From positions 67,890,001 through 67,954,000 of the forward strand of contig NC_087246.1 of the NCBI RefSeq assembly GCF_037042905.1: a stretch of DNA of 64,000 bases, in the 5' to 3' direction. The position numbers and the translations under genes are program-made. Origin of the DNA: Lytechinus pictus. Taxonomy: Eukaryota. Each line of letters begins with the position of its first letter. The stretch's first letter is position 1. The notes under the pieces are model-generated. The model saw only the letters and a program-made list of their open reading frames with translations. It was not told the DNA's origin and did not search any database. Below, one piece after another: positions 11,061-22,039 of the stretch.

Positions 11061-13430
11061 ACACAGGTTCGAATTGAAGCTTCATGCATGGTGGTAAGGA
11101 TGCCACCCGATACCCCTCCTTTTGAATCCACAGCAGACCATGTCACATTTAGTTGCGGACACAGATTACCACTGATGAGCGCAGCATGCTCTGATGAGTA
11201 TGTAGTCAAAGACATGCCAGTTGTTGAAGGTATGATAGGTAAAAAAATAATTTCAGTTCTAAGAGACAGTGGTTGCAGCGGAGCAATCATCAAACAAGAT
11301 CTCGTATCACAAAAACAAATGACAGGTGAAGAATGTACTTGTGTTCTAATTGATCGTACATTGAGAACCTTCCCAATTGCAATGATTGATGTAAACACCC
11401 GCTTTTACGTTGGTAAAGTTCGTGCATTGTGTGTAAAAACTCCTCTATATGATCTAATTCTAGGAAACATTCCTGGTGTAAAATCACCAGATCATCCAGA
11501 CCCACATTGGAAGCCGACAAATACTGTCACGCCATTTTGCGCAGTACAGACCAGAGCACAAGCACAACGAGAAGGCAAGCCATTTCGTCCCCTCAAGACT
11601 CCAAATCCCATGAAGGACATCGTGACGCCATCAGTTCTGAAAGAAGCACAGCAGAAGGATCAGACTTTGCATCGACTACGAGAATTGGCCGACAGCGGTG
11701 CAGAGAAAGTAAGTCACCATAGTAACATCTCTTCATTCAAGTACAGAGATGGAATACTGTTTAGAGTATTTCATTCTTCCAACACAGATCCAGATTCAGT
11801 AATCAAACAAGTAGTTGTACCAAGCGAGTACCGTAAACAGGTTATGCACATGGCCCATGAGAATCTCCTAGGAGGTCATCAAGGTGCAAAGAAGTCAACA
11901 GAGAAAATTCTCACCAATTTCTTTTGGTCTGGGATAAGTTCAGATGTTACCAGATATGTCCAATCATGTGATGTATAATAATAATAATAATAATAATAAT
12001 AATGGTTATTTATCTGTGCTATACACAAAAAGTATAACAGCGCTTACAATCAGAAATAAAATATAAATATAAATGTTACGTAACAAACATGTAGAATTAT
12101 ATACATTAAATTGCATCAACCATTGGTATGTCAGCGTACATTAGCTAAAGGCCGAGTAACCAAAGTTCCCTTAGGGAAAATGCCGCTCATTGAAGTCCCC
12201 TTTGAGCGTATAGCCGTAGACATAGTAGGACCAATACATCCCATGACCGATAACAAGAATCGTTATATTCTCACTGTTATAGATTACGCCACCAGATATC
12301 CTGAAACAATTCCTCTACCAAGCATCGAGACAGAAAGAGTCGCCGAGGCCCTTGTTAGCATCTTCACCAGAGTTGGAATTCCAAAGGAAATGCTGACTGA
12401 TCAAGGAGCCCAGTTTACATCAGATCTCATGAAAGAAGTAAGCAAGCTACTTTCTATCCGTCACTTCACAACATCACCGTACCACCCAGCAGCAAATGGT
12501 CTCGTCGAACGATTTAATGGAACCCTCAAACAGATGCTGAAACGTATGTGTGCAGAGAACCCGAAGGATTGGGACAGGTACATCACCCCACTTCTGTTTG
12601 CAGTCAGGGAATCACCACAAGAAAGTATGGGCTTCTCACCGTTTGAGCTTCTCTACGGAAGAAAAGTTTGCGGACCCCTCGACATTCTCAAGGAACTCTG
12701 GACCGGTGAAGTTGAAACGGCTGAAACGAAATCCACCTACCACTACATCTTGGATCTCCGTAACAGGATCGATGAGACATGTAGAAATGCCAACGCCCAA
12801 CTTCAGAAGTCATCAGACAGATATGCCAGATACTACAATCAGAAGGCAAGACATAGAGAACTTCAGGCTGGAGATAAGGCACTTCTACTTCTCCCAACTG
12901 ATCGAAACAAACTCCTCCTACAGTGGAAGGGACCCTTCGAAGTAATCTCCAAAGTAAGTCCTACTGACTACAGGATTGATCTAAATGGTAAATCAAAGGT
13001 ATTCCATATCAACCTTCTCAAAAAGTATCATGATAGCATTGACCCATCTTCTTCTCTTTCAGATACTCAGACGGCTTGTACTGCTATCATCGAATGTGAG
13101 GATGACGACACCGAAGATGACACACCACAACTAACCAACACATCTCTCTTACAACCATTTCCGTTACAGGCAAAGGAGTCACTTGATGACGTCACAATTA
13201 ATTCAGACCTTTCTTCCCCACAGAAAGAACAAATCAATGAACTTCTCAACCACTATCAAGATGTCTTGTCAGATCTACCTGGATGCACCTCGTTAGGCGA
13301 GCACAGCATCATACTAAAAGATAATGATTTCAAGCATCTCAAGAGTAAACCCTACCCCATTCCTTATTCTCTTAGGGATACCGTCAGAGACGAAGTGAAG
13401 ACAATGTTGTCTATGGGAGTTATTGAAGCA
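11061..13430 (+). pseudogene. Gypsy pol: protease, integrase (HHCC + DDE + GPY/F) and start of RT
   Basis: LRDSGCS protease site; AH..LGGHQG..CDV|CQR zinc finger; VDIVGP, LTDQGAQF, NGLVERFN core; WKGPF; then SKPYPIP..MLSMGVIEAS (RT N-terminus). Confidence 0.9.
11976..12128 (-). mobile_element. Short L2-type 3'-tail retrocopy inserted in the integrase zinc finger
   Basis: Minus strand reads TGTAAGCGCTG..ATAAATAACC(ATT)n; short GTA(T) duplication; splits the SCDV|CQRT codons. Confidence 0.75.
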
Positions 13431-15805
13431 TCACGACGTCGTGAATTTCGTCGCCAATTTCGTCGTGAATTTGTTTTGCTTGCCTGGGCGGTATGCGGGT
13501 TGAAACCAATTTGTCTGCTGCTAATTCCTCCACTCACAACAGGGTCTACATTCATTTAGTCTAATGCAATTCTGTCCATTAACTTTTCACCTAACTATGG
13601 TCCAATAACCATTTGGTCCAGTCATCACTTCGTCTTATCACCAGTTCGTCTATGACCATTTCGTCTCATAACTAGTAATTAGTCTAATATCAATTTTATT
13701 TTCCTTAATTTCGCCCAATTAACACTTAGTTCAATTAGACCAATATTAAATGGCATATGGAATAAATGGCAATTGGACCAACTTGGTTATTAGACGAAAC
13801 GGCAGTTAGACCATGTGGATAGTGGACGAACTGATGGTACTAGACCAAATGATATAGCAGACGAGTTGGCATTAGACCAATTGAAAATAAACCATTGAAA
13901 CGACAGAACGATGCCCACTGCTATCCAGATGCATAGGCGGATCCAGGGGGAGGGGGCCGAGGGGCCCACCCCCCCCCCCCCCCTATAGGCGGAGCAAAAA
14001 AACATGAAAAAGGGAAGAAAGAAATAAAGAAAAAAGAGGGAAAAGCTTGAATGGAGAAAAAAGAAGAGGAAGATGAGTGAAAAAATAAGATGAGGGGAAG
14101 ACATGGAAATAAAAAGAATCTTTCATGTCACTATATCAAATTTTCGCTCGCGCTCGCATTGCATATAGGTGTTCCAGGGGCGGATCCAGCCTATTGTGTT
14201 TGTCCTCCATGCATTGACATATAATCTTTCCATTCATTCCATGTCATCATTTGACCTTTCCCTGGGTCTGCACATTCCATCCCCTACCCTATCTAATCTG
14301 TTCCCATGGTTACCCCTCACCACTGTGTAGAGAGTTATATAATACCCTGGACCCTGCGTGGTACCACATGTTCCATATGTATGAATAAAGCACTTGTTCT
14401 TTGACCAGCAGAGAGAGCAGTCATGTGTGTTTAGTGTTTGTGACTACAGTGTTATAGGATGCATCATTTAATATATTTTTAACAATTAATGCAAGCGCAA
14501 ATTGCGAGCATAAATCTTTGTATACATTGTCATGAAAAGGGGATTGTATAATCAATATAGAAACATACAATCAAAATGCGAGCATGCAGCGCTAGCTGCC
14601 ATGATACGTTTTGACAATCAGACCTGCATGAAAAGGGATATTTTGAAAACTTTATGGAATACATGAAAATAATATACCTTATATATCTGAATTTGTGAGC
14701 GCGCAGCGCGAGCGGAAAATGTTAATATTTAGACCATAAAACTGTCATATTTACGGAGCACTTTTTAAAAATCAATTTGTAAATCACGCAAAATAACTTG
14801 GAAAGTTTGATTTTCGAGATGAAATATGTTTGTATATTGACTTCCAAACTTGATATTTTAACTCCATATTGAACAAGATATAAAAATCACCTAACAGGCA
14901 ATGTGAGCGCGAATTAAGCGCGATCAAAAATTTGACATGAAAAAGTGACATGAAAGATTCTTTTTATTTCCATGTCTTCCCTCATCTTACTTTATTCACT
15001 CGTCTGCTCCTCTTCATTTTTTCTACTCTCTTTTCCTTCTTTTTTCTTTCTTTCTTTCCCTTTTCCCTTTTTTGCTCCGCAAATAGGGGGGGGGGCAGGC
15101 CCCTCCCCCTGGATCCGCCTATGCATCTGGATAGCAGTATGGGCATCCGCCATCGTTCTGTCGTTTCAATGGTTTATTTTCAATGGTCTAATGCCTACTC
15201 GTCTGCTATCATTCGGTCTTCCATCAGTTCGTCCACTATCCACATGGTCTATCTGCCATTTCGTCCAGTAACCAAGTTGGCCCAATTGCCACTTATTCCA
15301 TATGCCATTTGGTCTAATTGAGCTAAGTGTTAATTGGGCGAAATTAAGGAAAATAAAATTGATATTAGACCAACTAGTTATGAGACGAAATGGTCATAGA
15401 CGAACTGGTGATTAGACGAACTGATGACTGGACCAAATGGTTATTGGACCATGGTTGTTAGGCGAAAAGTTAATGGACAAAATTGCACTATAGACTAAAT
15501 GAATGTAGACCCTGTTGTGAGTGGAGGAATTATAGCAGCAGACAAATTGGTTTCAACCCGCATATAACCGCCCAGGCAAGCAAAACAAATTCATGACGAA
15601 ATTGGCGACGAAATTCACGACGTCGTGAATTTCGTCATGAATAATTCGTGACGAAATTCACGATGTCGTGAATTTCGTCGTGAATATTCAAATTGGCGAC
15701 GAAATTGGCGACGTCGTGAATTTCGTCGTGAATAATTCGTGACGAGATTTCGTCAAGAATATTCACGATTTGGTCTGTATGCGATGTCCCTTCAGGGCCA
15801 CCATA
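13431..15805. mobile_element. Fold-back DNA element with ~730-bp inverted arms; left terminus deleted
   Basis: 13431-14161 is the reverse complement of about 14898-15625; palindromic GACGAAATTCACGACGTCGTGAATTTCGTC subterminal repeats; right terminus ...CTTCAGGGCCACCATA. Confidence 0.85.
14201..14448 (+). mobile_element. Solo LTR (248 bp)
   Basis: TGT...ACA ends; 5-bp TSD GTGTT; TATA-like sequence near 14337 and AATAAA near 14384. Confidence 0.8.
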
Positions 15806-18664
15806 CGTAACAGGTTCGAAGATGGAAAGTCTACAGGACGTTGTTTCTCCATCAATATCAGGTGAATGACAGGAGACCTCTTTAACCCTAAATAGACTGG
15901 GCTATTTTGATGCCTAAGAAGACTGGGGGGGGGCTGATTCAGCCCCCCCCTATGATCTCGGCCGTCGACCGCGCGATCGCGACGAAAATTGGCACGTGCG
16001 TTACCCATGGCATAATCTCCAAGACTGTAGGATCAAATTTTCCGAAAAATTTCACAATTCATTAATTATGCTAATTTATGCGTAAAATCAAAGATTTGCT
16101 CTAATTAACTAAATAAGGCCTCTAAACTGCTATTTTTTTATTCGTAGACACTTTGTAGGAATCTGATCAAATGTCCTTTTAAAAAAATTCAATATCACAA
16201 TTCTTTTCTTATGTATTTTATTGTTTTTTTAATTTCTTATGTATTTCTTTGTTTTTCGACTTTTTGTTTTTTATTGTTTTTTCGATGAAAATCGTCTGCG
16301 ACTTTATTCTGACCATTAACAAGATGAAATTAATTGAGTTTAATAAGTAAAATTGAAAATAATGATACATTTATGAATTTTGGCTAAAAACACAATTTGC
16401 ATTGGATTTGTACACAAATTCACGTTTTTGAGCAATTTTGGGTCGACATGCACTTACAAAATGTTCCGTAATTTCGGAACCACGTACCCGGGCGTCGCAA
16501 ATTTGGTCTCAAAAGTTGCGCAAGACTTGAAAGAAAAAAGTCATGGAACGGCACGGCGCCACCTTTTCGCGTTACAGATTTATCGCAAAAAATGTCGAGG
16601 GGGGGCTGAATCAGCCCCCCCCCCCAGTCTTTTTAGGGTTAAGACTCGAGATAATATTCTGGATCTTGCTGTAAAAGAAGAGTCCAAAGTCGTTTGCAAG
16701 ACCTGTATCTGATTCATTATCAGGAAGAACTTGTGCCGTTGGACAAGAAAGCCTCTGCGTGAACTGGAAAAGCTGCTTAGTGTCACACTGCGCTATCTCA
16801 TCAGTCAGGTACTGAGATTTTGATTGATGTATGATAGCGTTGTAGGATTTACACGTCTCCTTGTATATTTGTCTATTGATTTCAAGGCCAGACTTCTTCA
16901 ATATACGTTCAGCACGGCGTTTGGCTCTTTTCGCCTCGCGAACTTTATCCGTATACCAGGGAGCTTTTGGCCTGAGAGAGACGAGTTTAGATTGCTTTGG
17001 TGCATGCTTGTCAAGGAGTTGTTTCAAGACAGTGTTATACTGAACAGCCATATCAGAAGCATCGTTGGTTGGAGGGAGTTCAAGCAATGCATGTTTAAGG
17101 TCATTCCTGAACTTGAAAATGTCAATATCACAAAGTTTCCTACAAGTGATCAGCTTCTTTGATGACACAGGACGTACAAAGTTCAGAGTGGTAAGCACAG
17201 CTGAATGGTCAGAAGGAAGTCCAGAAATGATGTGCGTGTTCAATATTGGATGACCGAACTTCCTTGAAATGAGCAGATCTAAAATGTGCCCAGCTTGGTG
17301 TGTAGCTAACCTAACGTGCTGTTGCAGATTACTTGCATCTAAGATATCTAGGAATATCTTAGCATCTCTGTCAGATTCGTCATCGACGTGGATGTTAAAA
17401 TCCCCTGCAATCATCAGTTGATGTTGATCAATCACAAGTGATTCTAGTAGTGATGAAAATTCTGTCACAAAATTGTGATACGACAGTTTGTTCCTCGATG
17501 ATGGGGGTGGTCTGTATATGACACAAGATCTGAAAACGACAGAAGTCGAGATTCGGACCAGGACATCCATGTGCTCAAAAGAAGAGAAAATCGTGGAGGA
17601 ATTCCTGGTAAGTTCCAAGGAGGAGCGATGTACATGTATGATGCATATGCCTCCACCCCTAGATTTGCGAGGTTCATGTATTACACGAAAGTCTGGCAGA
17701 GTTGAGGTAATGTCCGCAATTGTGACGTTGTCGTGGGAATCACCACACAGCCATGATTCGGTCAGGAACAGAAGATCCAAGTTGTTACTAATGATCAAGT
17801 CACAAATCTCTGTAGATTTATTGTTCATGGATCGACAATTCCATTGGCCAGCTTTAAGACAGGTTGCACCATTTTGAGGTGTTGAAGGAACAAATCCAGG
17901 CCCCTCCTGCACCGGAGTTAAGTAGACGAGATTGGAATGACAGGATGAACGAGATAAATCTCGCACTTCATGTCTGCCGGATAAATCTGGGTTGGAGACT
18001 AGCACAGGAATTGGTTGGAGACAATTGATGCGTTTCCCACCCCTCTTTCCGCGTTTTCTCCATCGTCTGCGCTTTCCTTCTTTCCAATATTGTGAGCAAG
18101 GTGAAGATGGCGCTGTTGTTTGAACTCCATGGACACTGCATGGTTTGCGTAGCAAACGTAGACATCTAATCCGAGAGCAGACTTCACTGTCAGGTGTGCA
18201 CTCATCCTCGTGAGGTCGTAGGCTTTGAAGATACAATGCTGAGTACTGAATAAGTCTTACATTCAGAGCCATCTTCATGTAAATGGACTTAAAGTTTGGA
18301 TCACAATAGTCCAAGTCATCACTGAATTCCAGTCGAACAAAAGGCAGATGATAATTAGAGAGTCCAGTGAATAGAATGGTTGAATGACCAGTCTGAAAGG
18401 GCACAGTGGCAGATTCACTGCATGTAGAAATCCAATGGTGATGTGAAGTACTTTGATACAGAAAAACTGCAAAAATTAGATGATAAATACTGGAAAATGC
18501 AATATCCATGACAGTACCCAAAGCCATCATTCTATTCTATGGACTTTATCCTCTTAGCTTGTGTAAAAATCACCATGCCTAATCAACTGTTCCAGGACAA
18601 ACTAAAGAGTAAAGTGGGAGCCTGTGAGAGCGCTGTCCAGCGCTGCACAGCACTCTTCTCTTCC
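15806..18664 (-). mobile_element. 5' half of an L2-type LINE (APE endonuclease ORF) inserted in Gypsy RNase H
   Basis: ORF 16611-18530 (WNCRS, LTESWL, YRPP, GDFNIH, SDH). After removing the TTAA MITE the frame continues ISSLKEVSCHSPDIDGETTSCRLSIFEPVT, similar to FTEFEPVT in the 27039 L2 ORF. Confidence 0.9.
15886..16638. mobile_element. piggyBac-like MITE
   Basis: TTAA TSDs; TIR CCCTAAATAGACTGGG / CCCAGTCTTTTTAGGG; subterminal GGGGGGCTGA(T/A)TCAGCCCCCC hairpins. Confidence 0.9.
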
Positions 18665-18667
18665 TTT

Positions 18668-18928
18668 TTGAAGAGAGAACAAGCATACTCCACCATAGAA
18701 CGAGAGTGTCTAGCCGTAATTTGGGCTGTTAAGAAGTTTGAGCCATATTTGTACGGAAGACAGTTTGTGCTCGAAACAGATCACCATCCTTTGACCTACA
18801 TGAATAGTGTGAATCCTGCTAATGGAAGACTGATGCGCTGGATTTTAGCGTTACAGCCATACAGGTTTAGAGTGGAGGCTATTCGTGGTAGCGACAATGT
18901 TGGAGCAGATCTTTTGAGTAGATTGTAA
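18668..18928 (+). pseudogene. Gypsy RNase H C-terminal part
   Basis: REQAYSTIERECLAVIWAVKKFEPYLYGRQFVLETDHHPL...NVGADLLSRL*, followed by PPT AAAAGGGGGAG (18962) and the 3' LTR. Confidence 0.9.
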
Positions 18929-18977
18929 ATAAATAAATGAAAAATATATGTGTATTTTCTCAAAAGGGGGAGTAAAT

Positions 18978-19869
18978 TGTCACATTGAAAATACATTTTA
19001 TTTTATTTATTTATTTGTCTTTTTTTTTAAGCAAAACTATTTAACCTTATCTTGTACTCTAGCAAGGTTGCATAGAGACAGGAATTTGATTTGATTCTTC
19101 AATGAGCAGGGCCTCTTTAATTTAGGTTGCCATCGATGACAACAGCTAATTGAAATAGTTACTTATGTCCAGGGCAGTGGATTATTCCATGCCGTGCTTG
19201 GATAGGTCCCTTTTGTATCAGGCAGGGATCCATTCCTTTTGACCAGCGGCTTGGGATAGTTTAGGGAAAGGGTGTGTGGGCAGTGGTTTTCCACTAGGTT
19301 TTGGCAGACACCATTTTTAACTTTGGTGAGCACACAGCTTATGTGCAGTTCTGAAGCCAGTAGAGAAGTTGCTATTTTTGCTTACCATTCTGAAGACATA
19401 TCTCTAGGCTTATTTTCTTTTGGAGCAGCCTTATTTTCCAGTTTGTGAGCTGCTAATCTTTATTACCTGGATCGAGGTCAGAAAGCAGTATTTAAATCAT
19501 TTTTTTAGCCTGTTTTGCTGAAAGTCATCGGTGAGTGTAAATGACTTTTCCATCCTTAAATTTTGTTATACAAAAAGAAAAAGGAAGAAGAAAAATAACA
19601 TGTATAATATAATGTGAATTAAGATGTGATTTATTGTGATAGTTTTGTAGAAATCATACATTTTCTTGGGTATATAGAGACTTTAATGTTGTTGAAAAGT
19701 TACATTTGTAGTTGAAGCTTATACTAGTTATTAATCAAATGTTTGAAAAATTGAGATAAATAAATGTATGAAAGTCAGACAAGTTTGAATTGGATTTATA
19801 AATGTTATTTACAAGTAAGAGAATGGCACAAGTTTGACGTGAGTTTTATTTGAGTATATTCATGTGACA
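18978..19869 (+). repeat. 3' LTR (892 bp)
   Basis: TGTCACA start after the PPT; TGTGACA end followed by TSD ATGAC. Confidence 0.92.
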
Positions 19870-20156
19870 ATGACAATTCCACAAATATCCCCAACATTAC
19901 CAGTTTGTTGGCCCTAAATGACCTTTGACCTTATTCATGCGACCTAAAACTTGCACAGGATTTTCAGGATACTTGATTGTTCTTATGACCAAAATTCATG
20001 AACTAAATCCATAAAGTTTGTAAGTTATAATGGCGATTCCACTTAAAACCACACAGGGCCCAAAGTTTGTTGACCCTAAGTGACCTTTGACCTTAGTCAT
20101 AATGTGACCTGAAACTCTGGCAGGATCTTCAATGATACACTATTCCCCTTGTGTTT

Positions 20157-20300
20157 AATACCTCAGTCACATTTGCTCTACGGCAGCCGTTTCATTCATT
20201 TTTATTCAAACCACCTATATTTAGCTGGTACAAAAAATGTTAAAACGACTGTTTTAGATTCACCTTACGGCCGCCGTAGAAAAAATGTGACCGAGGTATT
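20157..20300. mobile_element. Small Harbinger-like MITE
   Basis: TIR AATACCTCAGTCACATTT.CTCTACGGC / GCCGTAGA..AATGTGACCGAGGTATT. Confidence 0.7.
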
Positions 20301-20358
20301 AGTTTAATGAACTAGGTCCATATACTTCCTAAGTTATGACAGCATTTTAAAAACTTAA

Positions 20359-20893
20359 AGGGATGGTCCAGGCTGAAAAAATTTATATCTAAATTAAGTA
20401 AAATTCACAGAGCAAAATGCTGAAAATTTCATCAAAATCGGATAAAAAATGACAAAGTTATTGAATTTTAAAGTTTATCAATATCAACGGTTATTTGCAC
20501 ATCTTCATTAATATTCATTAGGTGGGCTGATGATGTCACATCTCCAGTTTCCTTTTTCTTTATGTTATCACATGAAATCATAAATGTTTCATTTTCTCAT
20601 ACAAGTGTAAATGATGTGTCTCCATTATAATGAAATAAGTTGTGGCATTACATAACTAATGCACTTAATCAGTTGTCGTCAATCCAATTGTTTTTGTTCT
20701 TGGTAATTTTTTTTTGAATAAAGACATAAGGACATAAAGACATGCCTAGAACTGTTCCCCCGAAATAATGCAAATCTTTAAAATTCAATAAGTTCTTTTT
20801 TGCTACCAGATTTTGATCAAATTTTCAGCATTTTGCTCAGTAAATCTTACTCTATTTATTAAAATATAAATATCTCCAGCCTGGATCATCCTT
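20359..20893. mobile_element. Kolobok-like MITE
   Basis: TTAA flanks; TIR AGGGATGGTCCAGGCTG / CAGCCTGGATCATCCTT, with longer imperfect inverted arms. Confidence 0.75.
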
Positions 20894-21389
20894 TTAACTT
20901 TGGTTATGATTTCAATTTATTTTACCAACATGGTCCAAGTTCACTGACCCTAATATACTAAATTACCCTTATGTCCGAGTTTCATGAACTAGGTCCATAT
21001 ACATGTACTTTCTAAGTTATGACATTTCAAAAACTTAACCTTGGTTAGGATTTCAATGTTGACGCTGCCTATAGTCTCGCCCTGCTATGCAGTTGAGACA
21101 ATAAAATTGATCAAAACAATTCAGATAAATTAATTTTGACAGTTTCCCTAAGAATGAAGCTAATTTAGATACTTTTAAGTGAACTCAGATTAAAATAATT
21201 ATGGTATTTCAATATCTAACCGAAGGAGAATTTTTAAAACCATCATACTAGTGTAAAGAATTATTTCAACTATGGTGTTACTGTAATGAATATCAGAAAA
21301 TCATCAAATCTGGCTATCAATTTCTTCCAGTCTATTATGACTGAAATCATTCTGATCTAATGTACTTTAAAAGAAATTTGGTATCAAAA

Positions 21390-21785
21390 ATTTTCTCTTC
21401 ACTATTTTATTGTTTTTTTGTTAATTTCTTATTTATTTCTGTGTTTTTGGACTTCTTTTTTATTGCTTTTTGATGGAAATTGGGGCCAACTTAATTCTGA
21501 TCATAAACAAAGCAAAGTTAATTGATTTTAGGAAGTAAAATGTAGAAATAATAAAATGAATTCATGTTTTGAGCCATTTTGAGTCTGACAGGACTTACAT
21601 AATGTTGCGTAGTACACGTGATTTCGTAACCATGTACCAGGGCATCACAAATTTGATCGTATAAGGTGTACAAGAGTTAAAAGTAAAAAGATAGCGAACG
21701 GCGCTGTCTTAAATATTTTGCGCGCCAGATTTATTTGGAAAAATGGCGAGGTGGACAATTTCCACCCCGTCGGGCCTGTTAGGAT
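21390..21785. mobile_element. Degraded partial copy of the piggyBac-like MITE family
   Basis: Similar to about 16210-16638 and 24700-25135. Confidence 0.65.
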
Positions 21786-22039
21786 GAAGTCTATTGCCGT
21801 TAAAAGATGATGTGGTATAAACATGTTGGGCTTTAACAGCTATCATGATTTCTTTTTTCATTCGGACATGAATTTCTATTGATGCGTACTTCAAACAATA
21901 TTGTAGCAGGAACAAATGAATATTACATATTTCTATCTGTATATTTATTTCTTTTTTAGGAAATGTGTTTTTTGTGATATAACTGTAAATTATTATAATT
22001 TTTTTTCTTTTTATTATCACATTTTACAGAACGGGCAGG

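Larger units (their letters stand above)
8680..19869 (+). mobile_element. Ty3/Gypsy LTR retrotransposon, Gmr1-like (gag-PR-IN-RT-RH), disrupted by nested insertions and an RT deletion
   Basis: TGTCACA...TGTGACA LTRs at 8680-8892 and 18978-19869; 5-bp TSD ATGAC (8675-8679 / 19870-19874); PBS and PPT; gag, protease, integrase, RT start and RNase H segments. Confidence 0.95.
8214..21103 (-). mobile_element. Helentron/HINE-like non-autonomous element with internal TGACCT repeats, split by the Gypsy insertion and MITEs
   Basis: One end AACAAGTGGAACG..AGTCTC (8214); other end a hairpin AGTCTCGCCCTGCTATGCAGTTGAGACAATAA (about 21072-21103). Removing the Gypsy restores the repeat unit GTTATGATGAC|AATTCCACAAAT, also seen at about 8541 and 26710. 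Family assignment is inference. Confidence 0.45.

Noticed and set aside
18539-18928. 129-aa ORF as a standalone gene
   Set aside because: Chance fusion of the antisense L2 5' UTR with the Gypsy RNase H remnant starting at about 18668.
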